Origin: Planctomycetota bacterium
Lineage (GTDB): Bacteria > Planctomycetota > SZUA-567 > H5-PLA8
DNA length: 64,000 bases
Assembly: GCA_038227875.1 (NCBI GenBank)
Contig: JBBRPR010000020.1
Span: 71,166 to 135,165 of the forward strand
Reading direction: 5' to 3'
Below are positions 28,981 to 38,936 of the stretch, one piece after another. A model generated the notes under the pieces. The model worked only from the letters and a program-made list of their open reading frames with translations, was not told the origin of the DNA and searched no databases. The translations under genes were made by a program, and so were the position numbers. Within the stretch, counting starts at the first letter, position 1. Every line of letters begins with the position of its first letter.

Positions 28981-29628
28981 TTACTCGCGGTTCAGCTGGC
29001 CTTTCAGTCGCTTGAGCTCCCTGTCGACGCCCGAGCCGCTGTACTTCACGTACGACGGCAGATAGTCGATTAACTCTTTGGCGCGCATCAATTTTTCCTG
29101 CGCCTGCTGCAGGTATTTCAGCTGGCTGGCCAGACGGTCGGCGCTGGAACTGCGGTCGGAATCGGCCGGCAGCTGTGTCGCCTTCTCTTCAAGTCGCCGC
29201 GCCTCCTCGATCAGATTCTGAATGACGATCACAGCTTCCTGCGCCTGAGTTTTCGCTTCGTTATCCAAATCGCGGATCTTCTCGGCGATGCGTTCGGTAT
29301 GGATGCCCAGCAGCGAGTTGATCGTGTGGAGTTTCTCGCGCGCCGGTTCGAAACCCGGTGCGATCTCCAGCGCCCGTTCGAACCAGCCCTTCGCCTGCTC
29401 GTACTCCAGATCGTTCATCAATCGCAGGCCGGTCTGGTAGGCGTTGTCGGCCTCCTGACGCCGTTCCTGGCTGCGGACGGATTCCAGCTTCGATTCTTCT
29501 TTTAGTAATCGAGCGGCGCGTTGCTCGGCGGATTCGGCGACGGCTTTTGGCGCTTCCGCGGCACGAATCTGGCTAAAACCTAACACAAGGATGGCAACGA
29601 CGGCGCTGGAGAGTTGTGTGAAGCTCAT
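28981..29628 (-). CDS. Secreted TPR/coiled-coil hypothetical protein
   Basis: Signal peptide; TPR-like AYQTG..YEQAKGWFERALEIAP; charged helical remainder. Confidence 0.7.
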   Translation of the reverse strand: MSFTQLSSAVVAILVLGFSQIRAAEAPKAVAESAEQRAARLLKEESKLESVRSQERRQEADNAYQTGLRLMNDLEYEQAKGWFERALEIAPGFEPAREKLHTINSLLGIHTERIAEKIRDLDNEAKTQAQEAVIVIQNLIEEARRLEEKATQLPADSDRSSSADRLASQLKYLQQAQEKLMRAKELIDYLPSYVKYSGSGVDRELKRLKGQLNRE

Positions 29629-29794
29629 GTTAACCCCCGTACTGTAATGACCTCTGGTAGTATAATAGACTTTCGCGGCACTCCATTCATTTCAAGAATC
29701 CTACTCTATGCACGTCGGTTAAGTGGAATGGCCAAATCGCCGTAATGGTCTAATATGTCGATCCAAGGCATACGGCCTTAAGACAGGAGTAATC

Positions 29795-30781
29795 GTGGCA
29801 TTCGGTGATTTCCTACGTAAAGCAAAACAGACTGTCGTCGGCCTGGCGAAAAAGGCCAGCGACACGCTCGTGCTGGGCGTGCAGAAAACCGCCAAAACGT
29901 TGCGCAGCGGGCTGGATTTCATCACCGGCCGAAAGCTGGACGAAGAGAACGCGCAGAAGTTGACCGATGCGCTGATCGCCGCAGACGTGTCGCCGTCGAT
30001 GGCCGAAGAACTCGTCGAAAAAGCCAAGCTCGCCTTTAAAGACCGCACCATCGAAAAGACCGACGAAGTGCTGCTCTTCCTGAAAGAGAAAGTAAAAGAG
30101 ATGTTTCCGCCCCAGGAAAGCGCCGCGATCTGGGCACCCGCGGGAACGCCCACTGTGATCCTGATCGTCGGCGTCAACGGCTCTGGCAAAACGACGTCGA
30201 TCGCCAAGCTTGCGTACCGCTACAAGAACGAAGGCAAAAAAGTGCTGCTCGCCCCGGCCGACACCTTCCGCGCGGCGGCGGTGCAGCAGTTGATCACCTG
30301 GGCCGAACGCATCGGCGTCGATTACATTCCCGCGCAGCAAGGCCACAAACCCGATTCCGTCGCCTATCAGGCGGTCGAGAAGGGCGTCGCCAAAAAGTAT
30401 GACGTGGTCATCGTCGACACCGCCGGGCGCCTCGACAACAAAAAGAATCTGATGGACGAACTCGAAAAGATCGTCCGCGTGATGAAAAAGCTCTGCCCCA
30501 GCGCGCCGCACGAAGTCCTGCTGGTCCTCGACGGCAACACCGGCCAGACGGCCGTGCGCCAGGCCAAGAATTTCGAACACACCGCCGGCGTCACCGGTCT
30601 GATCATCACCAAGCTCGATGGCACCGCAAAGGGTGGCGCCGTGATCTCCATGCGCGTCGAAGTCGACACCCCCGTGAAATGGATCGGCCTCGGCGAAAAG
30701 ATGACCGACCTGGAACCCTTCGACTCGGAGACGTTCGTCGACGAAATCTTCAAGACGGAAGACGCTCAATCTGCGAGCTGA
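29795..30781 (+). CDS. ftsY: Signal recognition particle receptor FtsY (no acidic A domain)
   Basis: ALIAADV, GVNGSGKTT, DTFRAAA, DTAGR, TKLDGTAKGG, GLGEK..DL..F; GTG start at 29795 after AGGAG. Confidence 0.97.
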   Translation: MAFGDFLRKAKQTVVGLAKKASDTLVLGVQKTAKTLRSGLDFITGRKLDEENAQKLTDALIAADVSPSMAEELVEKAKLAFKDRTIEKTDEVLLFLKEKVKEMFPPQESAAIWAPAGTPTVILIVGVNGSGKTTSIAKLAYRYKNEGKKVLLAPADTFRAAAVQQLITWAERIGVDYIPAQQGHKPDSVAYQAVEKGVAKKYDVVIVDTAGRLDNKKNLMDELEKIVRVMKKLCPSAPHEVLLVLDGNTGQTAVRQAKNFEHTAGVTGLIITKLDGTAKGGAVISMRVEVDTPVKWIGLGEKMTDLEPFDSETFVDEIFKTEDAQSAS

Positions 30782-30789
30782 GCGTCTTA

Positions 30790-30944
30790 AATCTCACGCA
30801 AAGCCGCAAAGACGCAAAGAACTGCAACTGCAACGGCAACTGCGGGATTCGGGATTCGTCGCGTATCCGCTTGCGCAAATCCCCAATCCGTTGCTGTTCT
30901 TTGCCGTTGCTGTTCTTAGCGTCTTTGCGGCTTTGCGTGAGATT
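30790..30944. repeat. 155-bp hairpin element with CGCAAAG-type nonamer arms (MITE/REP-like)
   Basis: AATCTCACGCAAAGCCGCAAAGACGCAAAGAAC at 30790 and its near-perfect reverse complement ending at 30944; internal GCAAC and GGGATTC short repeats. Confidence 0.85.
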
Positions 30945-31049
30945 AAAACGCCCGCCACGCTAAAAGAACCGTCCGATAAAACTCCCCTCAAGTGCCCCTT
31001 ATATGGTACCGATACCTAACCCACTACTTAGTGGGGGAGGGGGCTGGCT

Positions 31050-33827
31050 TTGGTTCATCATCGAACATTAGTGACGTTTGTGCTACCGATTGCGGCGATT
31101 GGGATGCTCACGTTTGGCTTCTCTGCATTGGGGGCTGAGGCGGGGACTCAGGTGGCCTCGGCCAATCCAGTCAAGCGCGCGCCGATCCCTGCGAAAGCTC
31201 CCTCAACCAGCGCGGCTGCAGCCCCCGCGCCGGCGCCTATACAGAAGCCCGATGTTGCTCCGGATTCGACGATCACCAAAGATTCATGGGGGCAGGTCAG
31301 CGGCTCGGCGGTGAACGTCCGCACTGGCCCGGGCACCACGCATGAAATCGTGGCGACGCTGAAGGGTGGCGATTACGTTCAGATCGAAGCCGCGAAGACC
31401 GATTGGCTGGCGATCGAATGGCCGGAACGCACGCCGGTGTGGATGGCCAAGGAAACCGTGAAGCTCAACGCCGGCGACGACAAATCGGCCACGGTGAAGA
31501 TCCCCAATGCACCTGTCCGCGCGATTGCGACGAATAAATCCGAGCCGCTCTGTAAACTGTCCGCCGGCACGAAAATTGTCGTGCTCGATGAAGTCAACGG
31601 CTGGCTGAAGATCAAGGCTCCGGACACCCTCCATGCCTACATCAGCGCAAAATACGTATTGACTGGCGTTCGCAAGCCCGTGGCAGCCGCAAAGGCGCCA
31701 CCGGCAGCCAACGCCGTCATTGCAACTTCCGCCGCGAAGGAAACTGCCGCGGCAAAAGATGCGGCTGCCAAACCGGCCGTAGCTCCGGCGCATGAAGGGA
31801 CCGCACACAAAGTTGCGGAGATCAAGAAAGCCGATGACGTTGAAGCGGCGCTTCTCGCTGCCGAAGCCAAACACAAGGCGGAAAACGAAGAGCAGCGCAA
31901 GATTGCCGACGAGAAGAAGCACGCCGACGAACTGGAATCCACGCGCCTTGCCGCAGAAGCAAAATTGAAGTCGGAATGCGACGAGCAGACGCGTCTCGCC
32001 GCTGAATCCAAGCGCAAAGCCGCAGACGAAGAGCAGCGCAAGATCGCCGACGAAAAGAAACACGCCGATGAACTGGAATCCACGCGCCTGGCCGCCGAAG
32101 CGAAGTTGACGGCGGAGCGCGAGGAGCAGGCAAAGCTCGCCGCCGAAAAGAAGCACGCCGAAGAACTGGAAACCGCTCGCATCGCCGCGGAAGCAAAACT
32201 GGCTGCGGAGCGCGAAGAACAGGCGAAGATCGCGGCGGAAGCCAAGCGCAAGGCCGAAGACGAAGAGCAGCGCCGGATCGCCGACGAAAAGAAGCATGCC
32301 GAAGAAGTGGAAACGGCTCGCGTCGCCGCCGAAACGAAGCTTGCTGCGGAGCGCGCTGAACAGGCGAAGCTCGTCGCGGAAGCACAGGAAAAAGCCGCCG
32401 CCGAAGAGCAGAAACGCATTGCCTCCGAAAAGAAGCATCAGGAGGAGCTCGAAGCCGCGAAGCTCGCCGCCGAAACGCAGTTGAAGGCCGAACGCGAAGA
32501 ACAGGCGCGCGTGATCGCGGAAGCGAAGCAGAAGGCCGCCGACGAAGAACAGAAGCGCATCGCCTCCGAGAAGAAGCACCAGGAGGAACTCGAAGCCGCG
32601 CGGTTGGCCGCGGACGCGAAGCTCAAGGCGGAACGCGAAGAGCAGGCGAAAGCGCTCGCCGACGCCCAGCGCAAAGCCGAGCAGGAAGAACAGCGCCGCG
32701 CCGCCGACGAGAAGCGGCATCAGGAAGAACAGGAAACCGCCCGCATTGCCAATGAAGCCAAGGCGACAGCCGAGCGCGCCGAGCAATCGCGCCTGGCCGC
32801 GGAATTGCGTCGCAATGCTGAAGAGGAAGAAGAGAAGAAGGTCATCGCTCAGAAGGAACGCGACGAACAGGAAACCGCGCGATTGGCTGCCGAAGCGAAG
32901 CAGAAGGCCGAAGCCGAAGAGCAGTCACGCCTCGCTGCGATCGCCAAGCGGAAGACGGAAGAAGAAGAGCAGCGCAAGATTGCCGCGCAGAAACAACAGG
33001 CCGAAGCGGAAGCCGCGCGCGTAGCCGACGAAGCACGCCAGCAGGCTGAACGTGAAGCCAAGGCTCGCCTGGCGGTGAAGAAGAGCATCAAGGACGAAGT
33101 CGACGAAACGCGCCGCAAGCTCGCACCCAAGGGCGCGCCGGATATCGAAGGTGGCGATACCGAAACGCAGGTAACGTTGAAGTCGTCGGAATACGGCGCC
33201 TTCGGTTCAGCCGCTGACGAACCGAGTAAGAAGAGCGACGCGCCGGAAGCCCCGGCCCACATCGTCGCCCCGGAGCAGTTGCCCCCTGCGTCGATCGTTA
33301 CTCCCGAAAGCGAACCGATTGTCCCGACCGCGCCGGCCAAGCCCGCGGGTTCCACGCGCCTGCCGGAACCTCTCGGCTCGCCCGAAGCCGCTTCGCAGCA
33401 GTCCGAAACTGTGCGCATGGAATACACGATCAAGCCTGCAGCAGCGCCTAAAGTGGAGAGCGCAGAGTCAGCCGTGGTTCAGCCGCCCATCCTCAATAGC
33501 AAGGGCAAGAGCAAGTTCGTAATGCCCAGTCGCACGCCGTCAAAGCCGGGCAGCCGCGCGGAAGTCGTGGAATTCAGTGAAACACCGAAGACCGTCGACC
33601 TGCCCGTGCCGCCGGAAGCTCCGGTCGCGAAAATCGAACACGATGCGCCAATCACCAATGCGGCCATCGATCGCGAACTGGCTCCCGTGCCCGCCGTGAC
33701 TCCCGAACCCGTGGCTGCGCCGGTTCCCGCTCCTGCTCCGGTCGTGACTCCCGCGGCTCCGGTGCGTGAAGTCATCCAAGTTGCGCCGGTCTATCAGGAA
33801 CCGAAGGCCACATCATCGCGCAGGTGA
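31050..33827 (+). CDS. Exported SH3b-domain protein with long TolA-like charged helical repeats and Pro-rich tail
   Basis: N-terminal hydrophobic signal/anchor; two SH3b-like domains (VNVRTGPGT..DWLAI; VLDEVNGWLKI..YISAKYV); E/A/K/R repeats. Confidence 0.85.
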   Translation: MVHHRTLVTFVLPIAAIGMLTFGFSALGAEAGTQVASANPVKRAPIPAKAPSTSAAAAPAPAPIQKPDVAPDSTITKDSWGQVSGSAVNVRTGPGTTHEIVATLKGGDYVQIEAAKTDWLAIEWPERTPVWMAKETVKLNAGDDKSATVKIPNAPVRAIATNKSEPLCKLSAGTKIVVLDEVNGWLKIKAPDTLHAYISAKYVLTGVRKPVAAAKAPPAANAVIATSAAKETAAAKDAAAKPAVAPAHEGTAHKVAEIKKADDVEAALLAAEAKHKAENEEQRKIADEKKHADELESTRLAAEAKLKSECDEQTRLAAESKRKAADEEQRKIADEKKHADELESTRLAAEAKLTAEREEQAKLAAEKKHAEELETARIAAEAKLAAEREEQAKIAAEAKRKAEDEEQRRIADEKKHAEEVETARVAAETKLAAERAEQAKLVAEAQEKAAAEEQKRIASEKKHQEELEAAKLAAETQLKAEREEQARVIAEAKQKAADEEQKRIASEKKHQEELEAARLAADAKLKAEREEQAKALADAQRKAEQEEQRRAADEKRHQEEQETARIANEAKATAERAEQSRLAAELRRNAEEEEEKKVIAQKERDEQETARLAAEAKQKAEAEEQSRLAAIAKRKTEEEEQRKIAAQKQQAEAEAARVADEARQQAEREAKARLAVKKSIKDEVDETRRKLAPKGAPDIEGGDTETQVTLKSSEYGAFGSAADEPSKKSDAPEAPAHIVAPEQLPPASIVTPESEPIVPTAPAKPAGSTRLPEPLGSPEAASQQSETVRMEYTIKPAAAPKVESAESAVVQPPILNSKGKSKFVMPSRTPSKPGSRAEVVEFSETPKTVDLPVPPEAPVAKIEHDAPITNAAIDRELAPVPAVTPEPVAAPVPAPAPVVTPAAPVREVIQVAPVYQEPKATSSRR
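31887..33060 (+). repeat. Intragenic tandem repeat, 141 bp (47 aa) unit, about 8 degenerate copies
   Basis: EEQ(R/K) codons start at 31887, 32028, 32262, 32403, 32544, 32685, with EEEK at 32826 (141-bp steps; one 234-bp step includes a shortened unit). Confidence 0.9.
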
Positions 33828-33909
33828 GGACCCAGCGGCTGCGACGCGAGTTCGCGTCCCTCATGGCAACAGTATGACTGACAATTTTAGTATGAAACAG
33901 AAGCGGGAA

Positions 33910-35976
33910 TTACTTCCCGCTTTTTATTTCGCTCAACAGTTCCTTCGCGTCGTACATTTTGTCCAGCGCTTCCAGGATCGCGCGCGAGTCCACTGAGATT
34001 GCGCGGTTGGTCGGTTCGTCGTAGATAAAATCGCCGATCAGCGATTCGATATTGCCGTCGAAGATCAGTCCGACCACTTCCTGATCCTTGTTAAAGACCG
34101 GCGAGCCGGAATTGCCGCCGACGATGTCGTGCGTCGAGCAGAAATTGAACGGCGTGTCGAGCTTCAGCGCGCCCTTCTTGTCCAGCCAGCGCTGCGGCAG
34201 TTCGTAATCCTTGTCCTTCGGGTGCTGCGCGGCGCGTGTGTACAGCCCCTCGAAATTCGTGAATGGCTGAATCACCGTGCCCTTCGACGCGTAACCGCTG
34301 ATCGTGCCGATCGTGAGGCGCAGCGTGAACGTCGCGTCCGGATACGCCTTCGGTCCCGCGCCATCGTAGAACGCACGCGCGATGCGCGTGTACGCGGGGC
34401 CTTCGACCGCGGCGACTTCCTTCTCGTATTTCAGACGCAGTTCGCGGGCCTTCGGATCGAGCGACTTGGCGAGCAGGATCAGCGGGTCCTTGGATTCCGC
34501 GATCGCTTTCGCGCCGCCCTTGGCCAGTTCCTTGCGGAAGTTAACGTCGCCGAGTTTGGTCTTCTGCAGCAGATTCACGGTGGCCAGCGCAGGCGTGCCG
34601 TCGTCGATGATCTGCTTCACCAGCGGGTATTCGTCGCCCAGCGTTTCCTGCATAAACTTGAGTGTGTCGGCGAACTTCAGCACCTCCAGATCTTCAAAGA
34701 ACGGGGTGGGGGAGAAGAGCTCCATCTCCAGCCCTTCGCGGCGTGCCTGCGTGTACTCCGCCTGTCGTTCGCCGTCGGGTTTGGCGTCCTCCGCGGGCAG
34801 GCGCACCAGCGTCAGCGCGTACTGCATCAAGACGCTGGAATCGTTGATGAAACTTTCGAGCACGAACTGTTCCTTGTGCAACTCTGCGGCCCGCTTGCGT
34901 GTGGCGGCGATCACGGCATACGGATCGTCCTTGGCGAACTCCGCGGCTTTTTTCGCGCGGAACGCTTTCTCCGTTGCTGCCTTCTGTTCCAGCAGACCCG
35001 GCGCTTTCAATCCGTCCAATTCGCCCTTCAACGACTTCAGCGAATTTTCGACGTTCAGCAATTCATCCTTGGCGCGGCGCGCGTGCTCGTCGCTCTTCTT
35101 GCCGTACTTGATCAGCATCTCGCGCTGGCGCGTCAGTGCCGCAACCACCGTCGGTAGCCATGTGTCGCGCATGTATTCCAAATGCGACACCGTGTACAAC
35201 CGCGACGTCGACCCCGGGTGCCCCGCGACGAACAGCGGATCGCCTTCCTTCGCGCCATCCTTCGACCACTTCAAATACTCACTGCTTTCCAACGGCTTGT
35301 CGTTCTCGTAGATGCGGTAAAACGAAACGTCCAGGTCGTAGCGAGGAAAATTGAAGTTGTCCGGATCGCCGCCGAAACCCGCGATGCCGTACTCCGGCGC
35401 AAATACCAGCCGGACGTCGCGGTAGGTCTTGTACGTATAAAGGTGGTACTGCGCCGCGCCGTAAAGAGGGACGACGTCGCAGCGCAGCTTTGTCTTTTCC
35501 TTTGCCTCCTTTTCAATCGCGGCGATGGCCGCCTGCCGGACAGTCTGCGCGGCCTCCGGTGGCATCTCCGGCTTCACCGCCGCATTGACGCGCGCGGTGA
35601 CATCTTCAATCGATTGCAGCACGTCCACTTCGACGTCCGGCGCTTTCAGCTCCTCGGCCTGCGTCCGCGCGTGAAAGCCGGTCTTCATCAGATCGTTTTC
35701 TGGGGAGCTTAACTTTTGAATACTGTCCTGAGCCACGTGATGATTGGTCATCACCAGTCCATGCGGCGAGACAAACGATCCCGTCCCGCCAATGTTGAAG
35801 CGCACGCAAGCGTGCTGCGCGCGCAGCAGCCAGGCGTCGGTGATCTCCACGCCGTACTTTTTTTGAATATCGTCCTTCGGAATCGCGTTGAAGGGGAACA
35901 TGCCTTCTTCGGCGCGGAGCGTGGTGAGCAGGCAGAGCAGAAGCGTGGCGAGCCAGATTCGTGAGCGCAATGGCAT
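33910..35976 (-). CDS. S46 family dipeptidyl peptidase (DPP7-like)
   Basis: Signal peptide then EEGMFP; TNHHV; FGGDPDNF..PR..D; YPDATFTLR; GGNSGSP; FDGN (Gly as in DPP7 rather than Arg as in DPP11). Confidence 0.95.
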   Translation of the reverse strand: MPLRSRIWLATLLLCLLTTLRAEEGMFPFNAIPKDDIQKKYGVEITDAWLLRAQHACVRFNIGGTGSFVSPHGLVMTNHHVAQDSIQKLSSPENDLMKTGFHARTQAEELKAPDVEVDVLQSIEDVTARVNAAVKPEMPPEAAQTVRQAAIAAIEKEAKEKTKLRCDVVPLYGAAQYHLYTYKTYRDVRLVFAPEYGIAGFGGDPDNFNFPRYDLDVSFYRIYENDKPLESSEYLKWSKDGAKEGDPLFVAGHPGSTSRLYTVSHLEYMRDTWLPTVVAALTRQREMLIKYGKKSDEHARRAKDELLNVENSLKSLKGELDGLKAPGLLEQKAATEKAFRAKKAAEFAKDDPYAVIAATRKRAAELHKEQFVLESFINDSSVLMQYALTLVRLPAEDAKPDGERQAEYTQARREGLEMELFSPTPFFEDLEVLKFADTLKFMQETLGDEYPLVKQIIDDGTPALATVNLLQKTKLGDVNFRKELAKGGAKAIAESKDPLILLAKSLDPKARELRLKYEKEVAAVEGPAYTRIARAFYDGAGPKAYPDATFTLRLTIGTISGYASKGTVIQPFTNFEGLYTRAAQHPKDKDYELPQRWLDKKGALKLDTPFNFCSTHDIVGGNSGSPVFNKDQEVVGLIFDGNIESLIGDFIYDEPTNRAISVDSRAILEALDKMYDAKELLSEIKSGK

Positions 35977-36264
35977 GAATGGATCTCGAGAGTGAGTGGG
36001 TGACTGTTCGACGACGCGGCGATTAAGCGCGAACACTGTTGTAATGTCAAGCGCGTGCCATTCTTGTATCACCCAATCAGACTCAACTGTGCGATATTCT
36101 CGCTTCGTGACCGGAGTCACGAAGCGAAAATATACACTTTTGTTCTACGTGTGGAACCGTTTGGCCAATGGGCCTCGGTTCTCCGGTTCCTTTTGAATTC
36201 GAGCGTTACCGAATCGCGAGATTGGGGTATATATTCACTATCTTTTACCAACTCGGAGAATTGC

Positions 36265-36741
36265 ATGAGCCACGAAATCGATCCCCATTCTGAACACATG
36301 TCCCGCCGCGATTGCCTGGTGTGGCTGGCGCGCGCGGGCGCATTGGCGGTCGTCGCTGGATCCGGTATGGGCCAATGCTTCGCCGAAGACGCGCCCGGCG
36401 GAATGGTCAAGATCGCGGATCTGAAGGATCTCAAGCTCGCAACGGCCTATCCCATTACCAAGCCGAATGTCATTCTCACCCGCACCAAGGACGGCCTCGC
36501 GTGCTTCACCACACGCTGCACGCATAAAGGTGGGATTCTGGGATTGGACAAGAGCGGCGTCATCACGTGCCCCAAGCACGGTGCAACGTTCGATCTGACC
36601 GGCAAGCCGACCAAGGGTCCGGCCAAATCCGATCTAACCTGGTATCAGCTCGATCTGGACAAGGACGGCAAAATCTCCGTCGACGTCTCGAAGACCGTCG
36701 CTCAAGGCAAGTGGACCGCCGTGCCCGCAGATAAGAAGTAA
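36265..36741 (+). CDS. Tat-exported Rieske [2Fe-2S] protein
   Basis: GGAG RBS; twin-arginine SRRDCL signal; CTH and CPKHG ligands; GPA motif. Confidence 0.9.
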   Translation: MSHEIDPHSEHMSRRDCLVWLARAGALAVVAGSGMGQCFAEDAPGGMVKIADLKDLKLATAYPITKPNVILTRTKDGLACFTTRCTHKGGILGLDKSGVITCPKHGATFDLTGKPTKGPAKSDLTWYQLDLDKDGKISVDVSKTVAQGKWTAVPADKK

Positions 36742-36757
36742 GAATGCGCGGCGCGCG

Positions 36758-36979
36758 TTACTTGTAGGTGATGTAACCGTTCAAGCCTTTGAAGAAATCG
36801 TAGATGCCGAAAATGATCGCGCCCCACGCGATGATTCCGCCGCGTCCGGAGTTGATCGAAGCCACCGTTACCGCGGTGCCGCCGGCCGCCCAGAGAAATC
36901 CGTAAAGCATGTGCTTCTTATAATGATCCGCCATCTCCTGGCGCTGCTCGCTCGTGAGATCTTCCGGTCTCCAGTCCAT
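36758..36979 (-). CDS. Small membrane protein
   Basis: GGAG RBS; two hydrophobic segments (MLYGFLWAAGG.., GIIAWGAIIFG). Confidence 0.75.
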   Translation of the reverse strand: MDWRPEDLTSEQRQEMADHYKKHMLYGFLWAAGGTAVTVASINSGRGGIIAWGAIIFGIYDFFKGLNGYITYK

Positions 36980-37162
36980 AAAATAACTCCTCTCCAATAG
37001 TCGCAGGGTTTTGATCGCGATAAATCTAGTTTGAAGTGCCCACGCTTCAATTACATCTGATATTTATTCTTTCAGGTTTAATTCGTATGAAAATTCCCAT
37101 CCTTCGCATGAGAAATCCGACGCTGCCCTTAGGCTACAGCGAGCAACAGCGGGGGGCATCAC

Positions 37163-38239
37163 ATGTCATTCGTGCAAGCGACGACCGATTTCGAAGCCTG
37201 GCTCGGCCAGCAGCTGCCGTTGCTACAGCATGATCTCGACTACAAACACGAACAGATGGCCAAAGACATCTTCATGTTTCTGCGCGCCACGTATTACCGC
37301 TGGGCGCAGTTGTTCCCAGCCGTGCTTCCCGAACTGAGCAACGGGCCGGCGGTGCTCTCCGTCGGAGATCTGCATGTCGAAAACTTCGGTACCTGGCGCG
37401 ATGGCGACGGGCGACTGGTGTGGGGCATCAACGATTTCGACGAAGCCTACACGATGCCGTACACCAACGACCTCGTGCGCCTGGCCACCAGCGTGCTTCT
37501 CGCTATTGAGACCAGCAATCTGAAGATCTCCGGTCCCTCGGCGATGGCCGCGCTGATCGACGGCTACGTGGAATGGATCAACGAAGGCGGCCGCCCGTTT
37601 GTCCTTGCGGAGAAATCGACCTGGCTGCGCCTGCTGGCTCAGGGGCATCTCCGCGACCCGGTGGAATTCTGGGACAAGATGCAGGCGCTGCCGGAATGCC
37701 CGAAAGCACCGAAACCCGCCGAAGCGCTGCTGAAACGCTCGCTGCCCGAACCGGTTGACTACAAGCTCTGCAGCCGCCGCGCGGGATTGGGCAGCCTGGG
37801 GCGCATCCGACTGGTGGCGCTGGCCAAGTGGCGCGGTGGCATGATCGCGCGTGAAGTGAAAGCGATGGCCAATTCCGCCAACGTCTGGGCCGCGAAGAAA
37901 AAAGTCACCGCGACGATCTACAACGACGAGATCCGCCACAAAGCGATCCGCTGCCATGATCCGATGGTCCAGACGCAGGACGGCTGGATCGTGCGCCGCC
38001 TCGCGCCGGACTGCTGCAAGATCGATCTGGCCGAAATGCCCAAGGATGAAGAGGCTCGCTTTCTGCACGCGATGGGCCGCGAGACGGCCAACATTCATCT
38101 CGGCACCAAAGGCGCCGCGGAAAAAGTCCGCGCCGACTTGAAACAGCGACAGAAACAGTCGCAGAACTGGCTCGGCGAAGCCGCCGATAAGATGGTCAAG
38201 CAGATCAAGCTCGACTGGCGCGAATGGCGCACGCACTGA
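37163..38239 (+). CDS. DUF2252 family protein (kinase-like)
   Basis: FLRATY, GDLHVENFG, INDFDEA, DLVRLA, AGLGSLGR, EVKA. Confidence 0.9.
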   Translation: MSFVQATTDFEAWLGQQLPLLQHDLDYKHEQMAKDIFMFLRATYYRWAQLFPAVLPELSNGPAVLSVGDLHVENFGTWRDGDGRLVWGINDFDEAYTMPYTNDLVRLATSVLLAIETSNLKISGPSAMAALIDGYVEWINEGGRPFVLAEKSTWLRLLAQGHLRDPVEFWDKMQALPECPKAPKPAEALLKRSLPEPVDYKLCSRRAGLGSLGRIRLVALAKWRGGMIAREVKAMANSANVWAAKKKVTATIYNDEIRHKAIRCHDPMVQTQDGWIVRRLAPDCCKIDLAEMPKDEEARFLHAMGRETANIHLGTKGAAEKVRADLKQRQKQSQNWLGEAADKMVKQIKLDWREWRTH

Positions 38240-38284
38240 CGGAATGTCGAAGTCTGGCAACGGATCAAAAACGAGGAGAATGAC

Positions 38285-38797
38285 GTGGCGACGGCTGAAG
38301 AAATGAAGCAGCGGATTCAGGATGCGCTGGGCAAGGATTCGCGGGCGATGACGTCGATGATCGCCAAGCAGCTGGGCGTACCCGAAGCCGAGGTCATCCG
38401 CTATCTGCCGGACAACCGGTCGACGGAGCTCGATCCCAAGCGCGCGAAAGAGTTGATCGAGAAATTCGGCACACTTGGAAAAGTTCACGTCATCGTCAAC
38501 AACGGAGCGGTGGTGCTGGAAGCGTTCGGCGAATTTGGCGGAATCAGCGTCACGGGGCCATTCCTGAACGTTCAAACGGACTCGTTGGACATGCACATCC
38601 GCCAGGATCTTTTAGCCAGCATCTTCTCCGTCGAAAAGCCCAGCCACATGGACGGCGTGGGTACGATCAGCTTTCAATTTTTTACGCCTGAAGGCGTCGC
38701 CGCATTCAAAGTCTTTCTTTCATTTGGCGCCAAGCCGCCTGCGCCGGAACGGGTGGCGTTCTTTGAGCAGGTTAAGACGGCATTCAAGCGCGGTTGA
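38285..38797 (+). CDS. HutX/ChuX family cytosolic heme carrier-like protein
   Basis: GAGGAG RBS; IAKQLGVPEAEV..LP, VIV..VLE, MHI, FSVEKP, SFQFF..G..FKVFL. Confidence 0.82.
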   Translation: MATAEEMKQRIQDALGKDSRAMTSMIAKQLGVPEAEVIRYLPDNRSTELDPKRAKELIEKFGTLGKVHVIVNNGAVVLEAFGEFGGISVTGPFLNVQTDSLDMHIRQDLLASIFSVEKPSHMDGVGTISFQFFTPEGVAAFKVFLSFGAKPPAPERVAFFEQVKTAFKRG

Positions 38798-38936
38798 AAA
38801 ATTGTGGTGCAGGCGCCCCGTCTGCCTGGAAATTTGCCACAATCAGGGAAGCAAATTGATCCCTTAAGCGACACTAAGAGTTGTCCGTTGATTTTAGATG
38901 GGTCATGCTGATGCGCAGACACCTCTTGCGTAGGGA

